From contig JBGCEP010000003.1 of the NCBI GenBank assembly GCA_045106415.1, positions 1-15,195 of the forward strand: a DNA stretch of 15,195 nt. Reading direction: 5' to 3'. Origin of the DNA: Oligoflexales bacterium. Its GTDB lineage: Bacteria; Bdellovibrionota_B; Oligoflexia; Oligoflexales; Bog-1112. Both the position numbers and the translations under genes were made by a program. The notes beneath the pieces were generated by a model that worked only from the letters and a program-made list of their open reading frames with translations, made no database searches and was not told the origin of the DNA. Positions within the stretch are counted from its first letter, which is position 1. The number at the start of each line of letters is the position of its first letter. This document shows positions 6,859 to 15,156 of the stretch, in pieces.

Positions 6859-7985
6859 AGTGTCTCCTTTGATTTTTTTTGACTTGCAGCAACCGGCAAC
6901 TGCTTCGGTTTTAATATCTTCCAAAGCCTAAGAGCTTCTGCCGCTAAGTGTGGAGCTTTAATAAGCCACAAGTCATGCGTAACAACAACAGCAGATACGA
7001 CAACCTCCGGTTTTTCATAAGGCATCATACCTGCAAACCATGTTGTTAGCCCAGCTGGATCTCTCCCTGTTAGCGTTCCTGTTTTTCCAGCAGCAGATCG
7101 CCTCAAATGACGATAACGCCCTCTAAAAACAGAGCCTGCTGTCCCCCCCTGAACAGTCCTTGTCATAATTTTTCGTAATTCTGTTGTTGTTTTCATACTT
7201 AATAAAGGGGGGCTCACTTGAGGTAGGGGATGGTCGGAATAAAGACTGAGAGGCAAAGCATAGCCATCTCGAGCCACGACAAGGTTTAGCCACGCTGCAT
7301 GAACAGCGCTCAATCCAACAGCACCAAACCCGGCTGCAAAGCGGCCTACTGTTTGGACGTTTGATTCTGATGGACTCGGTGGAAACATGGGGCTGACAGG
7401 AATATTAAAATCTGCCGGAATTTGTTTTCTCCACCCTAATTTCTCTGCGTAATGCAGTACATTCCCTAACCCAACATGATTCACAGCAAGTTTTGCAAAA
7501 AAACCATTACAAGAATTCCCGTAAGCTCTTTGAAGAGATAAGGAGTTCCGCCTATGAGGTTTCACATCTCTCAGCCATCCACCTCTCGCGTGAATATTGG
7601 CACAACCTCCAGTCAAGGTCATTTTTTGTTTCGCATGAAAAACATCCATCTCTAGTGCGGCAGCGGTTGAGACGGTTTTAAAAATTGAAGCCGCTGGAAA
7701 AGAGGGGTATAAGGCCAAATGCCCTTTGCTCCAGCCTTTAGGTCGTCCTCCTTCTGCAATTGCAAGCACTTTTCCACTCGCAACATCCACAACCACCACA
7801 GCTGCCAAAGGATTTCTCTTATTTTTAAGATACGTCTCTAAAGCATTTTGCAATGGCCAATGGAGAGTTGTTGGACGCGCACTCACACCTGGTTTCACTT
7901 GAAGTTCCAGTGCAAAGGCCTGAGGTAAAGAAAAGAGTAAACTTATAAATAAAAGAATTTCACAACCAATCCATTTCAACAACAC
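6855..7985 (-). CDS. Penicillin-binding protein, transpeptidase domain only
   Basis: Signal peptide ending PQAFA, VVVVDVASGKVLAIA, and all three active-site motifs: SxxK (PAASIFK), SxN (NSCN) and KTG (AGKTGT), plus WFAG. At 376 aa there is no room for a transglycosylase or pedestal domain. Confidence 0.9.
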   Translation of the reverse strand: MLLKWIGCEILLFISLLFSLPQAFALELQVKPGVSARPTTLHWPLQNALETYLKNKRNPLAAVVVVDVASGKVLAIAEGGRPKGWSKGHLALYPSFPAASIFKTVSTAAALEMDVFHAKQKMTLTGGCANIHARGGWLRDVKPHRRNSLSLQRAYGNSCNGFFAKLAVNHVGLGNVLHYAEKLGWRKQIPADFNIPVSPMFPPSPSESNVQTVGRFAAGFGAVGLSAVHAAWLNLVVARDGYALPLSLYSDHPLPQVSPPLLSMKTTTELRKIMTRTVQGGTAGSVFRGRYRHLRRSAAGKTGTLTGRDPAGLTTWFAGMMPYEKPEVVVSAVVVTHDLWLIKAPHLAAEALRLWKILKPKQLPVAASQKKSKETL

Positions 7986-8159
7986 ACCACCTGCAACATA
8001 AAATCAAGATATCAAGCGACCCACACCCATTACTAGTCTACAATATCTAGACAGAGGTCTCGTATTAAAAATCGACACCTTTAAAAAAATAATGAATCTC
8101 CCATAGATTTGACCTCTATAGGGGAACGTTATCATCAGTCGGTAAAGGAGACACTCAGT

Positions 8160-9365
8160 ATGATTGCTTTAAGGTATTTAATAGCAGAGACCGTTCCTTC
8201 TATCCTCTCAACGCTTTTTTTATGCTGCTCCCTCATTGTTGTTTCACAGCTTGTTCGACTTTCAGAGGTTCTTGTTGCATTTGGTCTCTCTGCTGAAAAC
8301 ATTTTGTTACCTTTTCTGTTCATTCTGATGCCCTTCATGTCGGTCATTATCCCCATCGCGGCACTTTTTGGAATTATGGTAGCCATCTCTCGCCTCAGCA
8401 GTGACGGTGAAGCGACAGCCCTTGCAGCAGCAGGATATGGGGTTGGAGCATTAAGTCGCCCTGTCATTGCAACCGGCCTTGTGCTCAGTCTCATTGCCGG
8501 TGTTTGTGGCACAAACTTAGAGGCCTGGGGACGGCGTGAATTCATTCAATTTATTTATAGAAAAACTCAAACAGAGCTCGATAATTTAATACGATTCCGC
8601 ATACAGTCAGGGGTCTTTGTTAAAGATTTTTTAGGCTACGTCATCTACACTGGGAAAGTTTCAGATGACCGCACCATTTTTCATGACGTCCTTCTAGCAC
8701 CGGGCCCTCATTCTCAAGAACATTTTGTTCTCACAGCTCCGGAAGCTCATATCAGCGGATCTGTAGCAGAAGGAAGCTTAAGAATGACCTTTTACGACGG
8801 AATGGGATACACTCAAAAACACAAATCAAACATTACAAATGTATTAAATTTCCAACAAGGAGAAATTGATATCTTGCAGGTCTATCATCAACAGATTCTT
8901 GGCGATGATCATGCAAAAGACGACTACCGGAGCTATACCCTGTCGGAGCTAGGTCAATATATAGGCACATCTCGGAACCCTCAGATTCCAGAGAAAACTT
9001 ACTGGAAAGCTTCATATTTATATTTTTCTCGTTTCGCAAATGCAATGACAGCGATGAGCTTTTGTCTTTTGGGTTTAATTCTTGGCCTCGGCCACGAACG
9101 ACACGCTCGTAACAGAAGTTACTTTGGAGCAATTTTAAGCGTCCTAAGCTCATTCCTTCTCATTATGCTTTTTCGTTCAATGGCCGAAAAAGGCACGGTT
9201 GGTGCACTCTACGCCGCTGTCTGTCCTCAGCTTATTATTTTTTCACTTGCATGTTTTGCTCTTTTTCAAAAATGCAGACTTCCAGCTTCAGAACCTATTT
9301 TTTCTTGGAAAAATTTTCCTCTAGCTCCGTCCAGTGAAGCAAGAGGCTATCGAAAGCATCCATAA
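8160..9365 (+). CDS. LptF/LptG family LPS export ABC transporter permease
   Basis: Three N-terminal TM helices, the family motif SRLSSDGEATALAAAG, a periplasmic beta-rich region and three C-terminal TM helices. The start is reassigned to ATG 8160 (SD AAGGAG at 8145-8150). It looks LptF-like, but F and G cannot be separated by eye. Confidence 0.88.
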   Translation: MIALRYLIAETVPSILSTLFLCCSLIVVSQLVRLSEVLVAFGLSAENILLPFLFILMPFMSVIIPIAALFGIMVAISRLSSDGEATALAAAGYGVGALSRPVIATGLVLSLIAGVCGTNLEAWGRREFIQFIYRKTQTELDNLIRFRIQSGVFVKDFLGYVIYTGKVSDDRTIFHDVLLAPGPHSQEHFVLTAPEAHISGSVAEGSLRMTFYDGMGYTQKHKSNITNVLNFQQGEIDILQVYHQQILGDDHAKDDYRSYTLSELGQYIGTSRNPQIPEKTYWKASYLYFSRFANAMTAMSFCLLGLILGLGHERHARNRSYFGAILSVLSSFLLIMLFRSMAEKGTVGALYAAVCPQLIIFSLACFALFQKCRLPASEPIFSWKNFPLAPSSEARGYRKHP

Positions 9366-9421
9366 TTACAACTCGAGCTCGTTTTCTCTTCATGCTATAC
9401 GTAAGTCTCAAAATATGAAGA

Positions 9422-10657
9422 ATGGGTATAGCTATGAAAAGTCACATACGGGTTGTCATCACTGGGCTAGGAGCCGTCACTCCCATTGGAAATAATGTTG
9501 ACACTAGCTGGTACAATGCCGTTCACGCAAAAAGTGGGATTCAAGACATCACACGTTTCTCCACAGAAAATATGAATGTCCGCATCGCGGCTGAAGTCAA
9601 AAATTTCAACGCCTCAGAGTGGCTATCTCTCAAAGAACAAAGGCGATGCTCACTTTTTATTCAGTATGCAATTGCAAGCGCAGGCCAAGCTTTGCAACAG
9701 TCCGGTCTGAGCATGTCTACAGAGCACCCACGTATTGGCGCGTGCATCGGCGTTGGCATTGGAGATCTTGGTGCAATAGAAAACGGGTCACATGCTATGA
9801 AAGAAGGAGGGGATCGTAAAATTTCACCTTTTTTCATTCCATACACCATCTGTAATATGGCCTCAGGAATCGTTTCACAACAGTTCAAACTCCAGGGCCC
9901 TTGCTTTTCTGTCAATTCGGCATGTGCAAGCGGTACACACAGCATTGGTGAGGCTGTTAGCATGATTCAGCAAGGAAGGGCTGATGCAATGATAGCAGGA
10001 GGAGCGGAAGGCGCTCTATGTCGGCTAGGAATTGTAGGCTTTGATAATATGCATGCTTTAAGCCGCAATAACACTTGCGAAGCTTCAAGACCATTCGACC
10101 AAGATCATGACGGATTTGTTTTCGGAGAGGGCGCAGGCATTGTTTTTCTCGAACGTGAAGACATTGCAAAAAAAAGAGGCGCTCACATCTTAGCTGAAGT
10201 ATCTGGCTATGGCCTTAGCGCAGATGCTTGGCATATGACAGCCCCTCCTGAAAGCGGGTCTGGAGCTACAGCCAGCATGAAAATGGCACTTCAAAACGTT
10301 TCGCATATTGATTACGTCAATGCACACGGAACATCAACGCAAACAAATGACACCGTTGAGACCCAAGCTATTTTAAATACTTTTGGTGAAAAAGATGCCT
10401 ATAAGTTATCTATTTCATCAACGAAAAGCGTTACCGGACATTGCCTTGGTGCAGCTGGTGGAATTGAAGCCGTCTTTGCTGTCAAATCTATTCTTTCTGG
10501 CATCATCCCACCCACAGCTCATTTACGCACGCCAGCAGAAGGGTGTCCACTGGATTACACACCCCTTGTTGCCAGAGAAAAAAAAATCCGCCATGTTCTT
10601 TCTAACTCTTTTGGCTTTGGTGGGACAAATGCGTCACTAGTCTTTTCTGCCGTCTAG
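9422..10657 (+). CDS. fabF: 3-oxoacyl-ACP synthase II
   Basis: RVVITGLGAVTPIG, ISPFFIP, Cys-His-His triad in SACASG, NAHGTST and KSVTGHCLGAAG, ASRPFD, and SNSFGFGGTN. Alternative start ATG 9434. Confidence 0.95.
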   Translation: MGIAMKSHIRVVITGLGAVTPIGNNVDTSWYNAVHAKSGIQDITRFSTENMNVRIAAEVKNFNASEWLSLKEQRRCSLFIQYAIASAGQALQQSGLSMSTEHPRIGACIGVGIGDLGAIENGSHAMKEGGDRKISPFFIPYTICNMASGIVSQQFKLQGPCFSVNSACASGTHSIGEAVSMIQQGRADAMIAGGAEGALCRLGIVGFDNMHALSRNNTCEASRPFDQDHDGFVFGEGAGIVFLEREDIAKKRGAHILAEVSGYGLSADAWHMTAPPESGSGATASMKMALQNVSHIDYVNAHGTSTQTNDTVETQAILNTFGEKDAYKLSISSTKSVTGHCLGAAGGIEAVFAVKSILSGIIPPTAHLRTPAEGCPLDYTPLVAREKKIRHVLSNSFGFGGTNASLVFSAV

Positions 10658-10730
10658 AGCCATAGGACAAATGCTCACTTCGCGCTACACTGGCATGGCA
10701 GGCAGACTTTTATCCTGTAAGGAGGTTCAT

Positions 10731-11684
10731 GTGGACTTAGACAAACTTAAAAATCTTTATCAACAAATGCTTTTCTGTAGGCGCTTCGAGGAAAGAGTCC
10801 TCACCGCTTATACCAGCCAAAAATTCTCAGGATTCTGCCATCTTCATATTGGGCAGGAAGCCGTGTGTGTTGGCATCCAAGCCAACCTTCAAGAGTCGGA
10901 TCATATGATTTCCGGTTATAGAAGCCACACACAAGCTATTATGAAAGGCCTTTCTGCAAAGGAAGTTTTTGCGGAACTCCTTGGCCGAGAAGCTGGATGC
11001 TCCCGAGGCAAAGGAGGGTCTATGCACATGTTCTCAAAAGAGAAGCGTTTTTACGGCGGACACGGAATCGTTGGTGGACAAGCTCCTATCGCAGCTGGCG
11101 TAGGTTTTGAAATTCGCTATAACGATAAAAACGAGGTCATGGTTTGTTATCTTGGTGACGCAGCTATGAACCAAGGTCAAGTTTATGAAGCCATGAACAT
11201 GGCTGCTACTTGGGATTTACCGGTTTTATATGTCATTGAAAACAATCAATACGGCATGGGAACAGACATTCGCCGCACCACAAGTATTGACCACTTATCC
11301 AAAAGAGCTCTTGGATTTGACATGGCCAATTCTCGAGTCGACGGAATGAATGTTCTTAAAATGATTGAACACACAGCTCCAATCATTGACCAAATGCGCA
11401 AAGATCATAAGCCCTATCTGCTTGAGGCCATCACATACCGTTACAAAGGTCATTCTGTATCGGACCCTGCAAGCTATCGAACAAAAGAAGAGCTCACAGC
11501 TTGGCAAGATCTTGATCCTCTGTCACAACTTGCAAAAGAGCTAAAGAAGCAAGGTTGCCTCGAAGATGAGCTTACAGATTTTGATAAGAATATTCGCGCT
11601 GAAGTCAGAGATATTGAAGCTCAAGCTGAAGCTTGCTCCTTCTCGGACCCTGCAGAAACCTGGATGCATGTTTTAGCTCCTTGA
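10731..11684 (+). CDS. pdhA: Pyruvate dehydrogenase E1 alpha subunit
   Basis: GFCHLHIGQEA, GKGGSMHM, ThDP motif GDAA...ENNQYGMGT and YRYKGHSVSDP. The start is reassigned to GTG 10731, behind a strong AAGGAGG SD. Confidence 0.95.
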   Translation: MDLDKLKNLYQQMLFCRRFEERVLTAYTSQKFSGFCHLHIGQEAVCVGIQANLQESDHMISGYRSHTQAIMKGLSAKEVFAELLGREAGCSRGKGGSMHMFSKEKRFYGGHGIVGGQAPIAAGVGFEIRYNDKNEVMVCYLGDAAMNQGQVYEAMNMAATWDLPVLYVIENNQYGMGTDIRRTTSIDHLSKRALGFDMANSRVDGMNVLKMIEHTAPIIDQMRKDHKPYLLEAITYRYKGHSVSDPASYRTKEELTAWQDLDPLSQLAKELKKQGCLEDELTDFDKNIRAEVRDIEAQAEACSFSDPAETWMHVLAP

Positions 11685-11703
11685 TGAAAACGGAGATGTA
11701 ATT

Positions 11704-12690
11704 ATGACAATTTTAACGTTTCGCGAAGCCCTTGGTCAGGCCATGTCTGAAGAGATGGAGCGCGATGACCGTGTTTTTTTAATGGGTGAAGAAGTTGCAG
11801 AATATAACGGAGCTTATAAAGTTTCAAAAGGTCTTTTAGAAAACTTTGGTCCTCGCCGAGTTATTGATTCACCCATCTCGGAAGCTGGTTTTGCCGGCCT
11901 GGGTGTTGGCGCTGCTATGGCTGGCCTTCGACCTATTATTGAAGTCATGACATGGAATTTTGGTATTCAATCGCTTGATCAGATTATCAACCATGCCGCT
12001 AAAATGCTTTACATGTCTGGTGGGCAGTTTTCTATGCCAATGGTTTATCGTGGACCAAACGGGGCTGCACATATGCTATCCAGTCAGCACTCTCAAAACC
12101 TAGATCCACTTTTAGCAAATATTCCTGGACTTAAAGTTATTTCTGTTTCAACCCCAGCAGACGGCAAAGGATTGCTCAAGTCTGCCATTCGCGATAATAA
12201 CCCTGTCATGTTCTTAGAAAGTGAAATGATCTACGGCATGAAAGGCGAAGTCCCCGATGGAGAACACTTAATCCCTATTGGTTTAGCCGATATAAAACGC
12301 CATGGGCAGGATGTCACGCTTATCACGTGGGGTAAAATTACTCATAAAGCTCTCGATGCTGCAAAACACCTTGAGGCTCAAGGTATTGACGTTGAAGTTA
12401 TAGACCTTAGAACTCTCACACCTCTTGACGAAGACTCTTTATTCACTTCAATTCGCAAAACTCATCGCGCCGTTATCTTAGAAGAAAACTGGCCTTTTGC
12501 GAGTGTGGGCTCACAAATTGTAGACCGCATCCAATGTGAGTGCTTCGACGACCTTGACGCTCCTGTTTTAAGAGTCTCGCAAGAAAATGTCCCAGTGCCA
12601 TATGCAGATCATTTAGAAAAATGCGCCTTACCTAGCGTCGAAAAAGTTATTCATGCTGTTAAACAAGTGACATATAAAACCGGAGTCTAA
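11704..12690 (+). CDS. pdhB: Pyruvate dehydrogenase E1 beta subunit
   Basis: MGEEVAEYNGAYKVSKGL, DSPISEAGFAG, RGPNG, QHSQ and EVIDLRTL. SD GGAG upstream. Confidence 0.96.
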   Translation: MTILTFREALGQAMSEEMERDDRVFLMGEEVAEYNGAYKVSKGLLENFGPRRVIDSPISEAGFAGLGVGAAMAGLRPIIEVMTWNFGIQSLDQIINHAAKMLYMSGGQFSMPMVYRGPNGAAHMLSSQHSQNLDPLLANIPGLKVISVSTPADGKGLLKSAIRDNNPVMFLESEMIYGMKGEVPDGEHLIPIGLADIKRHGQDVTLITWGKITHKALDAAKHLEAQGIDVEVIDLRTLTPLDEDSLFTSIRKTHRAVILEENWPFASVGSQIVDRIQCECFDDLDAPVLRVSQENVPVPYADHLEKCALPSVEKVIHAVKQVTYKTGV

Positions 12691-12692
12691 AG

Positions 12693-13904
12693 ATGCCGAA
12701 TATTATAAAGATGCCAAAACTCAGCGATACAATGGAAGACGGTGGTATTGCTGAATGGTTAAAATCAGAAGGCGATAAAGTTGAAGAAGGCGAAGGCCTT
12801 TTGATGATTGAAACCGATAAAGCAACCATGGAGTATCCGTCACCTGAATCAGGTTATCTTCTTAAAATTTTACAAAAAGTAGGCGATTCCGTTGATCTAA
12901 ACGTCCCAATTGCTGTCCTCGGAGAACAGGGAGAAATTTTCGACGAAAAGCAACTGGCGAGCACTTTAACTTCTACTCCCACCCAAGAACAACAGCAGCA
13001 GTCTGAAAAACCAGCAAACACTCAATCGCCCCAATCTGCATCAACACCAGAAAAATCAACCCGGATGATTGCTTCTCCTCTTGCTAAAAAAATAGCAAAA
13101 GAAAAAAACATCGATCTCGAAAATATTGTAGGTAGCGGACCGCGAGGACGCATTATTGCAGCGGATCTTGAAAGCTCCTCTTTGCCAACAGAACAAAAAA
13201 CACACACAAACTCTAAACATTCTTATGAAGATATTCCAACTAATCGAATGCGAAAAACAATCGCACAACGCCTTCTGCAAGCAAAAAATGACGCCCCTCA
13301 TTTTTACCTCACCACATCGATCAATATGAGTGCTTGTCAAGAGTGGCGAGTAGGCCTCAACTCCGATGAAAAAAAACCACGTGTAAGTGTAAACGACCTC
13401 ATCATGATGGCCACAGCAAGAGCCCTGAAAAAGCACCCTCAAGTCAATGCTTCATGGCAGGGAGAGTTCATTCGTCACCACCATGACGTTCACCTCGCAA
13501 TGGCAGTGGCTCTTCCCGATGGACTTGTCACACCTGTTATTCAAAACACGGATCAACTTGGGATCCGTGAAATTGCCGTCATGACAAAAACAATGGGTAA
13601 AAAAGCAAAGGATGGCTTATTAGTACCGAGTGATTATCAAAATGGAACGTTCACTATTTCGAATCTAGGCATGACACGAATCGATACTTTCACAGCAATT
13701 ATCAACCCCCCTCAAGCATGTATTCTTGCCATTGGTCGTATAGTCGAGACACCTGTTTTTAATGCAGACAAGGAGCTTTGCTGTCACCCTATCATGAAAG
13801 TTACTCTTTCATGTGACCATAGAGTTGTTGACGGTATGGTAGGTGCTCAATTTTTAGAGACTCTAAGTTCTTACTTAGAAAAACCTCTAAATATGCTTGA
13901 ATAA
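12693..13904 (+). CDS. pdhC: Pyruvate dehydrogenase E2 dihydrolipoamide acetyltransferase
   Basis: One lipoyl domain (MPKLSDTM...IETDKATME), a Q/P/S/T-rich linker, a peripheral subunit-binding domain (ASPLAKKIA...GSGPRGRI) and the catalytic DHRVVDG. Confidence 0.96.
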   Translation: MPNIIKMPKLSDTMEDGGIAEWLKSEGDKVEEGEGLLMIETDKATMEYPSPESGYLLKILQKVGDSVDLNVPIAVLGEQGEIFDEKQLASTLTSTPTQEQQQQSEKPANTQSPQSASTPEKSTRMIASPLAKKIAKEKNIDLENIVGSGPRGRIIAADLESSSLPTEQKTHTNSKHSYEDIPTNRMRKTIAQRLLQAKNDAPHFYLTTSINMSACQEWRVGLNSDEKKPRVSVNDLIMMATARALKKHPQVNASWQGEFIRHHHDVHLAMAVALPDGLVTPVIQNTDQLGIREIAVMTKTMGKKAKDGLLVPSDYQNGTFTISNLGMTRIDTFTAIINPPQACILAIGRIVETPVFNADKELCCHPIMKVTLSCDHRVVDGMVGAQFLETLSSYLEKPLNMLE

Positions 13905-13911
13905 AAAAGAG

Positions 13912-14880
13912 CTATGGAACAATCAAATGCGGCTGAAGGCAAGGCTCATTACAGTGAAAAGCGCCAAGCTCATTTCTAGGGCCACTTGAGACTTCATAAT
14001 AACCGATAATATCTTGTGGCTGAATTCTTCCTACAATAGCAATTTCTTCTTCGCTTCCATATTCTTTATTTTTTCCTATAGCATCATTTACATTAATAGC
14101 CTTGTTTTTAGTTGTCAAAATTTTAAAAACAACTCCATTTTTTTCTCCGCTTGTAAATAACAAAGCGATTTTTGTACGCTGAGACGTTGAAATAAAAATA
14201 CTTTTTGATGCAGCATCATCTTTATCTCCGACTTGATGATCAACTAACGTGTGAAACGTTTTTTCAGATTCTTGAATAGAACCATTTTTCTTATTAAAAA
14301 CAGCTGGGGTTTCTAAACCTTCTTTTAATATTTTATTAGCAGCTTCACGACTCACATTCATGCCTCTATAAACTTCACGCCCAGGGGCTACAATGGCATA
14401 TTTATGTACTTTATTTTCACTGTCAGCATAAACATCTCTCGCCTTTAGTTTATCTGCTTTTTCTGCTTTCTTAACAGTGTCTATTGATTTAGAACTACAA
14501 AACCATCCAAGTAAGGACAGGGATGTACAAGATCCTTCCTCTACTTTTTTGTCATATGATATCGACGAAGCATCATTACCTCTAGGGGCTTCTATCCGAT
14601 TTGAAGATACTTCACTGCGATTCGATGAATTTTTCGTTGCTGATGTATTTATTTTTGTCAGGCTTAAATCGCTATCAATTTGGAAACTAGATTCAAATAC
14701 TAAAACAATTGACTTTTCACTTTCAATCCCAAAAAAGGCTGAACCCTCCATTTCTTCTGGGGTAAGATAAGCATGCACAAGACTTTTAGAAAATTCATTC
14801 CTAGAAGAAGAGTTCGATTTTTTTTCACTGGAGAGACCACAACCTGATAAAAAAAGAACAAAAGAAAGAAGTAACTTCAT
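13912..14880 (-). CDS. Lipoprotein with C-terminal enterotoxin-A/pertussis-S1/scabin-like mono-ADP-ribosyltransferase domain
   Basis: Lipobox LSGC (Cys14) follows a hydrophobic stretch. ART motifs occur in the expected order: VYRG (R172), ILKEGL, LVDHQVG (H215), FISTS (S231-T-S233), GVVFKI, INVNDAIG and SEEEIAIVGRIQPQDIIGYYEV (E277-x-E279). SD-like AGGTG upstream. Confidence 0.82.
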   Translation of the reverse strand: MKLLLSFVLFLSGCGLSSEKKSNSSSRNEFSKSLVHAYLTPEEMEGSAFFGIESEKSIVLVFESSFQIDSDLSLTKINTSATKNSSNRSEVSSNRIEAPRGNDASSISYDKKVEEGSCTSLSLLGWFCSSKSIDTVKKAEKADKLKARDVYADSENKVHKYAIVAPGREVYRGMNVSREAANKILKEGLETPAVFNKKNGSIQESEKTFHTLVDHQVGDKDDAASKSIFISTSQRTKIALLFTSGEKNGVVFKILTTKNKAINVNDAIGKNKEYGSEEEIAIVGRIQPQDIIGYYEVSSGPRNELGAFHCNEPCLQPHLIVP

Positions 14881-15079
14881 TGCTACACCTACAGAAAAAT
14901 ATGAACTGCGTGTCTTATCGGAAAAAAAACAAAAAACTTAAACAATATAAATAAAACATCTTACATCAGACATTTACCCTGAACACAAACCGAATCGGTT
15001 CATTAGAACTGTTACCCAAAGTGGTTCATCAGGAAATCTTAATAAGAAATGTTCAAAAAAATAAGGGATTGCAAAAAGA

Positions 15080-15156
15080 AGCCTGAGCAGAGGAAATTGT
15101 TTGCGACAAAACAAAACGATAATTTCCAGGAGGTTGACTCCGTGTCCACTCAGGCT
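15080..15156 (+). promoter_or_regulatory. Multi-stem RNA structure occluding the SD and start of the downstream ORF
   Basis: Outer stem AGCCTGAG (15080-15087) / CTCAGGCT (15149-15156), inner stem GGAAATTGT (15092-15100) / ATAATTTCC (15119-15127), and mini-stem GGAG (15129-15132) / CTCC (15138-15141) over the AGGAGG SD. Confidence 0.5.

Noticed and set aside
6859..8155. 12-bp inverted pair AGTGTCTCCTTT (6859-6870) / AAAGGAGACACT (8144-8155) as an invertible segment
   Set aside because: Both copies are the ribosome-binding regions of oppositely oriented genes, so half the match is explained by the SD. There is no recombinase in the window.
11151..11166. PdhA ThDP motif reads GDAA rather than GDGA
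   Set aside because: The rest of the motif and active site are intact, so this is treated as a natural variant rather than inactivation.
7493..13442. Short overlapping ORFs inside the PBP, lptF/G, fabF and pdh genes
   Set aside because: They are alternate-frame or antisense shadows of conserved genes.
13853..13891. Hairpin TCTAAGT-TCTT-ACTTAGA at the end of pdhC as a terminator
   Set aside because: It lies inside the pdhC coding sequence, has an AT-rich stem and lacks a following U-tract on either strand.
14477..14770. Plus-strand 97-aa ORF as an immunity protein for the ART
   Set aside because: It is fully antisense within the ART gene, with no clear SD or recognisable domain.
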